The notes under the pieces are model-generated. The model ran no database searches, was not told where the DNA came from, and saw only the letters and a program-made list of their open reading frames with translations. Positions 1-9,972 of a stretch of DNA of 64,000 bases are shown piece by piece. The position numbers and the translations under genes were made by a program. This DNA is from Hydrolagus colliei (taxonomy: Eukaryota), in the NCBI GenBank assembly GCA_035084275.1, contig CM068771.1:2232001-2296000 (forward strand). The letters are read 5' to 3'. Positions within the stretch are counted from its first letter, which is position 1; each line of letters opens with the position of its first letter.

Positions 1-3000
1 AATGTCGAAGGGTGATTCCAGGAACTAACCTGAGACGCAATCGTACGCTGCGTAATCTGACAGAAAAAGCTCGGAATCTGAGCCTGAATCTGACACAAGC
101 TGACAAGAAGCTTCACTGTGAGGAGCATCAGGAGGAACTGAAGCTGTTCTGTGAAACAGACAAGAAACTGATGTGTGTGATTTGCAGAGATGCCCGAGAG
201 CACAGAAACCACAGCTTCATCCCCATTAAGGAGGCCATTCAGGTCTATAAGGTAAAACACACCAGATTGTCAATTGTGCTTTTTTTTTCTTTTAAATGTG
301 ATATCCCTCCACAGCCCTGGAGTCACCTCGAGTCACCTGAACTCCCTCACCCCCTCTGGCCTACCTCCCGCACTATCCTATCCTCCTCCCTCACTCTCCT
401 CCATACAACCCTCTCCACTACTCTCGATTCACTTGCCCCTCTCACCTCCTGAACCGCCTCCTATTCGCAAATCTCACCTCAGTTCTCCAGTCAACTCCGC
501 TGCTTCAAGTGTCAGGTCCGGGCCACCGAAGGCACCTGGATCAAATCTGGCCTAACTGTCAACCAGTAACCGGTGAATATATCTCCAAACCCATACGCAA
601 CCTGGGCTTCAGGTACGACCCCCAATTACCTCTTAGCTGGACTACTCCTCCGTCCTCTTCGCCGGTCTCTCCTTCGCCACCATTCACAAAATCCAGCTCA
701 TACAGAATTCCACCGCCCGACTTTTAACATGTGCCAAACTCCGCTCCCCGATTACCCCAGTCCTTGTCAGACTGCGCTGGCTCCCTGTCCAAGAGAGGAT
801 CGATTTCAAGATCCTCACTCTTGTATTTAAACTCACCAATCCTCTGCATCTCACCACCTCTCTGACCTCCTCTCTCCTCCCAACAGTACCCGCTGCCATC
901 GCTTCACCGGGTCTGGCCTCATCCCTGTCACCTGAATCCTCCGGTCCACTATTGGTTGTCATGCCTTCAGCCACTACGCCCAAGGCTCTGGAACTCCCTT
1001 CCTCACTCCCTTCGCCTCACCACCTCTTTTCCCACTTTCAGGTCTCGGCTACAGACCTTCCTTTTGATTGCGTTTTGGTCACGTTCTTCCCCCTCCCCGT
1101 TGCTCAGCCCCTGATCTGTTATTGGAAAGTGGTCTGAGACGCTGTCCGGCGTGGAGAGCATTATATAAATCCAAGTTGTGGTTGTTGTTGACCCATACCT
1201 CTCCCTCCTTCCACACCTTCGAAACTCCCCCCCACCATCCCACAACTCCTCTGTCATCACAACCATATCATCTATGTAGCCCACTCCCTGCTCTCTTGAA
1301 CCCATGCCCACTACTCTCCTTACCTCCCAGATGCACCTCCTTAACCCCTACTCTCTAACTCCATCAATCTCTCCCTTTCATCCAGTAACATTCCCAACCC
1401 CCACGAAACAGCCAGAATAGAACAAAAAAATTACATTGATAGAGCCCTTTCACGTTGGGATGGTGTCCGAAGGGACTGAACAACCTCATCCTGAAGAAAC
1501 TTTCCCTGGACGCAAACCCTCTCTCCAACAACTGGCCCATCTCCAACATTGCTTTTCTTTCCAAGCTCCTTGAATGAATCGTTGCTTCCTAGCATCGATC
1601 TTTCCGTTCCTACCACTCCCTCTATGAGCTTCTACAATCAGATTTCCATCCTCGGAGTAGCACAGCAGTCAAGGTCACAATTCTGTCCTTCTTTGACCTG
1701 TCTCCTCGTCCTCCTCGATCTCTAAGCCAACATTGATACCATGAGCCACTGATTTCTCCTGCACCACCTCTCACCTCAACCTTCAAGATTCTATCCCTTT
1801 GACTGGTTCAGATCCTACCTGTCACATTTCCCATCTCCACGTTTTCTCCACGTGTCTCATGCTCTGTTCCTCAGGTCTCTGGCATTGGACCCTGCGCTTC
1901 AACCTCTACAATCTGTTGATGATATCATCCGCAGAATTTGGTAAATTCCCAAAAGTATTGGGATCACACTCTACTCTATCTCTCGGTGTCCACCATCGAT
2001 TCCAGGACGACTGGTGTCTTGACAGGCTGCCTGTCAGACATCAAGTCCTGGATGAGAGACAACTTTCTACAGCTGAATGTCAGCAAGACCGAGGCTCTCC
2101 TAATTGGCTCACTCTAGTGTCTGAATCTCAGAGTCTGACAATATCAACATCCACAGCTGCACAATCCACCACACCAAGCCAGTCAGAAACATGGGTGTCT
2201 TGTTTGACACTGACCTGTCTTTTCTCCCCCATATACGTGCCATGACCAGCACTGCCTTCCACCACCTCTGCAACATTGCCCATCTCTGCCACTTCCTCAC
2301 CCCTCAGGCCGCTGAAACCCGTACACATGCGTTTGTCACATCAAGCTGTACTACGGCAACTCTCACTTTGTCAGCCTTCCCAACTCTCCCTCCACAAGCT
2401 GCAGATCTCCCAAACCTATGCAACTTATGTTCGCTCCTAGTCCTGGCTCCACGACCACATCACCACTATGTTTGCCCAGCCCCATTGGCTCCTCGTCCCT
2501 CAGAGGATCAAATTCAAGATGATCGTCCACTCTTTGAAAACCCTCTATATCTGAGGGTTATCCGAATGCACTCCGCAATATTTATTGTCATATAGATTTG
2601 GTGGCAAAAGCAGCAGCCAAATTGCACAAATTACCATCCCACAAATACCAAAGGGCTCAACACCAATTCCATTTGATGTCCAGGTCACCAGAGAAACTCC
2701 CTTTGCTAATAGCTGAAAATATTCTCCTGAATAATCCATGGATTTTAGTTTAACTTCTCATTTGAAGGACGGCACCTCTGATCATCCTACTGTCCACCAG
2801 CACTGCACTGGGCTGTCAGCTACAACAATAATAATATTAATCCTTGCATTTGATATCGCGCTTTTCACATCTTATCGATGTCCCAAAGCACTTCACAGAA
2901 TCGACTGTAAAGTGAATTGACTGAATATATTTGTGGGCGACTCACAGTAGCCAATTGCTCACAGCAGTGTCCCACAAACAGTGGATTTAAATGACCAATT

Positions 3001-6000
3001 TTTTAATTGTGTTTTTTTTTACGGATTATTAGTAGGTGTGTGGAGTAAGGAAACTTACCAAGATTTCGTCCTGACTTGCTTGGATTCGAGCACAGGTCTC
3101 CGGTCTCCCAAGCTTGCAAGACAAGTGCTCTAACCACTAAGCCACAGGAGCTCAGTGGATTCATAGATTCATAGAGTTTTACGGCACAAAAGGAGGCCAT
3201 TCGGCCCATCTAGTCTGTGCCGGCTCTTTGAAAAGAGCGATTCAATCCCACTGCCCTGCCCGCTCCCCATAGCCTAATAGACCTGTTCTCGCTAAATAAA
3301 GATCTAATTCCCTTTTAAAAGTTGTTATCGAATCAGCCTCCACCACCTTTTCAGGCAAAGCATTCCAGATTCGAACAACTCGCTGAGTGAAAAAATTTCT
3401 CCTCAGCTCCCCTCTACTTTGCTTTGAAACTATTTTAAATCTGTGACCACAAGTCACAGATTCGCCCACGAGTGGAAATGGTTTTTCTCTATTTGCCCTG
3501 TCGAAACCCCTCATGATCTTATAAACCTCTATTAGGTCTCCCCTCAATCTTCTCTGCTCCAGAGAGAATAATCCTAGCTTATCTAGCCTCTCCTCATAGC
3601 TGAAGTTGAACAATGGAGTTGAAAGTCCTGATATGGGAGTTGACCCACAATTTTGTGAATCACAGACAAGAGAAACACAAACTGAACCGGATTGTTGATG
3701 GTTTTTTCCTCACAGTTTTTATTTAATTGCAGGATAAAGTGAAATCCTCCTTAGATTCTCTCACACAGAGGAAGGCCGCGGCTCTAGAAGCTGAAGTTAA
3801 ACAGAAACAAAAGATTTCACAAGTGAAGGTATGTTATGTTTGACCGATCGTGTACAGTCTAGTCTCCTAGTGTGTCTCTCTTTACTCTATGTTCACTGTG
3901 TGATGTCTCAGTGTGACTCTTCACTGTGTATTCATGGGGTAGTCTGACGTTTGATTTTTCAGGATCAGGTGAGCAGTCTGCAGATGGATGTCACGGCTGA
4001 GTTTGCTAAAATGTACCAGAACCTGACTGACAGAGAGCAGCGTGTAATCCGAGAGCTCAGACAGCGAGAGGAGGAGATTTTACACAGAATGGAGACAAAT
4101 CTGCGAGAGATTCAGAGCCAATTAGATTCTGTTCAGCGGAAGCTCTCAGGGTTACAGAAACAGATTGAGAAAGACGCACTAATCTTTCTGCAGGTAAAGA
4201 GATGGCATTTTAACAGTTACACACAGTCTGGAGATAAGTCTGACAGTTAAACAGATCAGTAATTTGATTAAATAATTTATTAAAAACCTCAAATGAATCA
4301 ATTAAAAACCTCTCCCTCCAAACAAGCAGCAGTTCTGACGAAGGGCTGTAGACCCGAAACATTGCCTTTTTTTCCGCTCTCCATGGATGCTGCCTGACCT
4401 GCTGAGTTTCCCCAGCCACTTTTGTTGATTCAGATTCACAGCATCTGTAGTATTTTGTGTTTTGTTTCAGTACTTTGGTTGATGTTTTCTTAGATTCTAT
4501 GAATGACTCTGCTGCTGCCAATCAGTACAGAAATAAACCCACATCAGTCACTCTCAGTGCCTGCAGTGTCCCTGCAAACCAACAGCCCAGGACAGATGTG
4601 GTTAAGAATAATAATAAGCCTTGCATTTGACATAGAGCTTTTCACATCTTATCGACGTCTGAAAGCGCTTCACAAGTTACCATGGAATTTACATTGATTG
4701 ATCGGTGTGAGAATGTTGGCATCTAATTACAGTATAATTATGTGTTATATCATGTGAGCTCAGATCTGTTTGTGTTTATTTCACTAGGAGGAAGCTGCTC
4801 GGAAGAGAAGGTATGAAAAGCTTTTTACAAAACATCCCCAGAATTTAATACCTGAAGAAACACAAAGTGTAGGTTCAATTTATAGTATGTTTGACTCTGA
4901 TTTCAGGATCAGTGATGAGGGTTTTACACTCTCAGTGTGTGAGGATGATCTGCCTGTGGGAATATACAACAGACTTGTACAATACACAGCCTGGAGAGAG
5001 ATGTTACCCAACATCAGTCCAGGTAAATGGCTCCCACTGTCACACTGAAGCTTTGTGAATATTGTTACATTCACCTGGATCCTCACAGGTTAAACATTGC
5101 AATGCCCTCCATAGCCTGAGGTCAGGTTGGATGATCCTATGCCTGTAGTACCGCGTTACCCTCAGCAGGTGGTGCTGTGTGAGCCCAACAGCCACTGCAG
5201 TCACACTGTCACCAGCGCCCTCTGCTGGCGGCGGGACAACATCACTGCAGTTGATTCTAACCCTCTGATGGGGATCAGTCACCAGCTCCCGGGTCCTAGT
5301 GCCCATCCCTTGACAATACTTTGTGTTGTTTCTCTCTCACTCCACTCTCTCTCACCACCTCACTACACTTTGTGCTGTTTCTTTTCCACCGTGCCTTTGG
5401 TCATCTTTCTACCCCTGGCTCAGTCCTGGGATCCGCTATTGTTAAGCGCTCTGAGACACCTTCCAACGTGGAGGACATTATATAAATCAAAGTTGTTGTG
5501 GTTGTTGTTGTTTCTCTCTCTCAGCTCCGGCCTCTCTGACTCTGGATCCTGAAACAGCCCATCCATTGCTCATCCTGTCTGAGGACCTGACCAGTGTGAG
5601 ACTCGGAGACACAGAGCAGCGACTCCCTGAAACCCCAAAGAGGTTTAGTTTCTGGCCCATTGTCCTGGGGTCTGAGGGCTTCACATCAGGGAGACATTAC
5701 TGGGAGGTGCAGGTGGGGAACAAGACAATGTGGATTGTGGGATTGGCCAGAGAGTCTGTCAACAGGAAACAACTAATCACATGGTCACCAGAGGAGGGGG
5801 TCTGGGGGGTGTGGTTGGTGGACGGGGACTATGTGGCTCTGACATCAACTCCCACCCCCCTGCCCCTGACAGTGAAGCCCGGGAAGATGGGAGTTTACCT
5901 GGACTATGAGGGGGGACAGGTGTCAGTTTACAACGCAGATAACATGTCTCATCTCCACACCTTCACCCAAACTTTCACTGAGAAACTGTATCCTCTATTT

Positions 6001-6060
6001 TGTCCCTTTCCTAACGAGGACGGAAACAACTCAGAGCCGCTGAAAATCTGCTGGTTATAA
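1..6060 (+). CDS. TRIM-A: RING-Bbox-coiled-coil-PRY/SPRY (B30.2) TRIM E3 ligase (TRIM39/TRIM69/A33-like class), 5'-partial
   Basis: Exons <1-251 (RING end, B-box [16 protein letters not shown]), 3733-3828 (96 bp), 3963-4193 (231 bp), 4788-4810 (23 bp), 4907-5022 (116 bp), 5525-6060 (PRY/SPRY: [30 protein letters not shown], stop TAA). All GT-AG with compatible phases; 96/231/23/116 is the typical TRIM exon series. Confidence 0.93.
300..2550 (+). mobile_element. Stack of decayed L2 fragments in TRIM-A intron 1 (mirrored at 61850-64000, partly shared with TRIM-B intron 1)
   Basis: Broken L2 motifs (RNLG.., [14 protein letters not shown]) and a (GTT)n tail at about 1180. Confidence 0.75.
2830..3159 (-). 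mobile_element. Orthologous copy of the tRNA-SINE in TRIM-A intron 1
   Basis: Reverse complement of 61231-61565. Confidence 0.85.
3160..3604 (-). mobile_element. CR1-clade LINE 3' end nested in a SINE
   Basis: ORF 3242-3613 ([44 protein letters not shown]), (TCTATGAA)-type tail; empty site at about 61230. Confidence 0.9.
5383..5508 (+). mobile_element. Severely truncated L2 tail in the PRY/SPRY acceptor tract (shared with TRIM-D, about 59245-59375)
   Basis: TSD TGTTTCT at 5376-5382 and 5509-5515; empty site in TRIM-C. Confidence 0.8.
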
Positions 6061-7266
6061 CCCGTTATGTTGATTATGTTGTTTATTGTTGTTGTTTGAT
6101 GCCCCCTCCCCATTTGCCCAATGGCCTCCCCCCCCCACCCCCACCCCTTCTTCGCTTACTCGCTTTCCCGGAGGCAGTACAGATATGGTTAATGATCAAA
6201 GAATCTCGATTGTATTCATGTATTGATGTGTCTATTATTAAATAAACTATTCTCACCGAGTTGGGATTGTCAAGTCTTTCGTGCCTCAAGGAATTGTACC
6301 AAAGCTAAGCATATTGGGCATGTTCACAATGGAATAGAGAAGGTTGAGAGGTGACATGATTACTGTCTTTCAGATTCTAAAGGGGAAATACAATATAGGT
6401 CATCACAGCATGGTTCAACTTGTCCAGAAAAGCAAAGACAGAGGAGTTGGCCTGTGATTGAAGGGGGTAAATTCAGAACAAACGTACGCAAACACTATTT
6501 CAGTGAGCGACTGGTGAACCTGTGGAACAGGCTTCCTAGGGGTTCGGTTGATTCTTTTAAACACAGATGAGCTGGTTTTCTTTTAGGGAATAACATTATG
6601 AGGAAAAGTATATAGGTAGTTTGGGACGTATGTGGAAGCAAATATACATATGAAGAATAAGGTAGCTTGACTAAAGAATATAATGCTTTGTGAACTGTAC
6701 AAAGTGTCGTTATATCCCAACTGATTGAGAAAAGAACAGACCGTTTCATCTTGTGTATCTGGCCTGTCTGGCTCCACACACTAGAGCAGCCCTGAGGTAG
6801 CTGTGGGGACAAGGACAGACCAGTTTGTCACTAACAATACACTAACTGACCTGTTAACCACAGAGGGGAAGGGCTTAGCACAAGAACTGGGGCCATAGAT
6901 ATAATAACAACAATAATAATAATCCCTGCCATTGATCTAGTGTCTTATCAAATCTTCAAGATGTCACAAAGCACTTCACTAGTCTGAGTGTGATCACTGT
7001 GTGACACACTCGCTCACATTCACACTCGCTCACACACTACAATCTGTGGAAGAAGGTTAGATCTCAGGGGGCAGTTACAGCTCAGTGGGGGTTATAGTTC
7101 AGTGAGGTAGGTCGCAGCTCAGGAGGGGAGGTTACAGCTCGGGCTCAAATAGAGAATTGTTTCCATCTCTGGAATGCTAATAATAATAATAATCTTTATT
7201 ATTGGAGGAAGACAGTCCTGGTCAGGGACTGAGTGTGAGGAATGAAGGACAACTGTGGGTCGAATG

Positions 7267-7634
7267 TAGGGTCCGGCGATTTATTGATATATCGGTTATA
7301 TCCGATATAATTTTCATATTGATATGCCGATATCGGAATTCAAAATACATCGATATATTCAAAAATTCTATGTATCGGAAAAATTTGATATATTGCAAAT
7401 ATCGATATATCGTTTCCGGCGATATATCGGTATATCGGAAGATGTCGGTATAATGCGGACTTTTTTAACTTACCTTGTCAATATCCAAATCCGAGTGCAC
7501 ACTGGAATGCGCACACATGTGCAGGACAACGAAAACACGCGATATTGATATCGGCAATATCAATATATCGGTATATATCGGTATGGGCAAACGGATATAT
7601 CTATATCGGAAAATTTCCATATTGACGGACCCTA
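7267..7634. mobile_element. Non-autonomous hAT transposon (MITE), 368 bp
   Basis: TIR TAGGGTCCG..CGGACCCTA; perfect 8-bp TSD GTCGAATG (7259-7266 and 7635-7642); many CGATA/TATCG subterminal motifs; empty site in the right arm at about 55875. Confidence 0.92.
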
Positions 7635-8554
7635 GTCGAATGTGACTCCAAATGTTGTGAACTGATTCAGAATGTCTGATGGATAGGCCGGAGAGGCTGA
7701 GGAGGTCAAAGTCACAGGTTAGAAGACATTGACAGGAGTCATGAGAATCACTTCATCTTCCTCCATTGCCAGTCCTCCATCATCCACCTCAATGGGACCG
7801 CACTCTCTTGGTTTAAGTACTACCTGACAAACCAGCAGAACTACATCCTTCCTCTGGGTGATGTCATCTGCAGGCTTTGGGGTTAACTCTACATGTGTGC
7901 GGATGAAGCCCAACTCTACTTTTCCACACCCAGTCTACTCCTCTCTTCCCACAGCAGTACCCACTCTCTCTGTTCTACTGGGACCAGCCATCTCCGTGAA
8001 TCCTCCGCTCCATCATTAGTGGCTTTGCAGGGAGAGGGAGGAGAGGGAGAGTGCAGTAGGAGTGGTTAGGGAGTAGGGGAGTAGAGATGGAGGAGCCAAG
8101 AGGAATTTGTTGGGGCAGGACAGTGGGAGAGGTAGGAGAAGAGGGTGGTGTACACACTATGGTCAAGTACACACTGGCACAAATGTTGTATGAAACAAAT
8201 ATAAATTTATTAATTCAGATTAGTGACAATATTGGTGATTAAAGGAATTCAATAGAATAATTCTTACGTATCCCTGTTTGATTCCCTCGATGGTGATGGT
8301 GACCAAACCAATGTTGCAAAAGAGATGGAGAAGTAAATTCCAATTCCATTCAATATCCTCCAAAAGGTATTCAGCTGCTGCTGCACAGATGCCCGTTCGA
8401 TCAGCCAAACAATGATCATGTACTGTTGCTTGGTTTGAGAGTGTCAATGGAGGTTGAGATTCATTGTAGTCATATTCTTTATCTTTCCTTCTTCTCCCTC
8501 TTGTTTCTCATTGATTGTGGAGTGTCTCTCTCTTGATCGGCAAGACTTTGCTTC

Positions 8555-8560
8555 TTTATT
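8555..8560 (-). terminator. Candidate polyadenylation signal of MHC-1
   Basis: AATAAA on the minus strand, the first I noticed downstream of the stop; conserved in MHC-2 at 53584-53589. Confidence 0.4.
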
Positions 8561-9388
8561 CCCAAAGTTAGAGGTGTTTAGTCCATACCTCCCGTGAGAA
8601 TGTTTGTTTTTACCAACACAGCTGTTTCTCCAGCTACAGATCATCTCTCCATTAGGAAGGCAGAGAAAAGGCCTGAAAAACAGTTTGCCATCCACACACA
8701 GTCCCCAGTCTCCTCTGCAAAGCCAGACAAACCAGCTCCCATCACAACTGACCAACCACATGTCTCAAATATACACATACTATTTATAAAAATGAGATAT
8801 TCATTTGACACATTAATTACAGATGTTACTAAACTAACACATTCTATGGTCACATGGAAATACCTGAGATTACACATTGTTACATACAATCACAAAGCAA
8901 CAAAAGCAACGTACTGACAGCTATACAGTCTCCAAATATACAGTCAATTCACTCTACAGTGTAGTCTGTGAAGTGGTTTGAGACATTGATAAGATGTGAA
9001 AAGTGCTATAACAAATGCAAGATAATAGTAATGTAGATAAATGCAAAGATTCAATAACAACAATAATATTACATTTGTATAGCGCCAATCATGTCGAGAG
9101 GACAACCCCAAGGTGCTGGACAGTGAATGGTTTAAAACAGTTGTGAAAATCAACTGAGGGGTGTCGAGAAAAAATGGTTTCACGCAACAGGTTCTACTGA
9201 CCTGGAAAGCATTGCATGAAATATCGCAAGAAGCCGATTGAAAAGTTTTATGAGAGAAGCAGAAACTTGTTTGGGAAGGACAAGTTTGCAGGGTTACAAG
9301 GAGAGAGTGGGAGAGTGGGAATATTTTGGACATCGCTTCTCAAAGAGCTGACACAGACACGATGGGCTGAATGACCTCCTTCTGTGCT

Positions 9389-9752
9389 CAGGGCCAGCAC
9401 TAGCTTTAGTCAAACTAGGCGGTAGCGTAGGGAGTCAAAATTTGGGGTAGTGCGCCAGTCCTAGTTACAGAGCACGTACAGTTTGCCACATACATCGAAA
9501 ATGACTGCTGTTATCTGCTGGCGTATAGTGGCAGAGGCGCGGGAGTTACCAGTAACCTGACTGGACAATGCTTAATACTTAAATACAACACAAGTGTGTT
9601 TTATATATGAATGTATAACTATCACCATTACTTTCATTGATAACTAATTACTGTATATGAATTTTTAGTATTAACATTAGCTTATCAAATGTTACTAGGG
9701 GCGCACATCTGAAGGCTCGCCTAGGGCACCATGTACTCTTGTGCCTTTCCTG
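9389..9752. mobile_element. Older hAT-like MITE (also at 52392-52755)
   Basis: Degenerate TIRs CAGGGCCAGCACTAG / CAGGAAAGGCACAAG (10 of 15 match); only partial 8-bp flank match. Confidence 0.4.
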
Positions 9753-9972
9753 TCTGCACAGTGTCATTCTGTTATTTTATGATATTTCAAATGTGACTTT
9801 AGTGGCTCTTAATATCTCTGTGAATCACAAGGTGATGGATCAGTTTCCAGCTTACACTTGATGCTGAGTTAAGGAATCTGCTGTTGAACCAGTGACTCTG
9901 AGAGAGAATCAGTGACCGAGAACAAAGGAGACACCAGAACACTCAGGCCTTCCCTCTGCTCCTCTCAGTCCC

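Noticed and set aside
5040-5552. ORFs conserved in three places (MDDPMPVV.., MGTRTREL.., MTLLLPIS..)
   Set aside because: Intronic sequence of recent paralogs; the conservation reflects duplication, and start/stop positions vary between copies.
8220-8500. Protein-like stretch MIIVWLIERASVQQQLNTFWRILNG..
   Set aside because: Short, frameshifted between the arms, with no recognisable motif.
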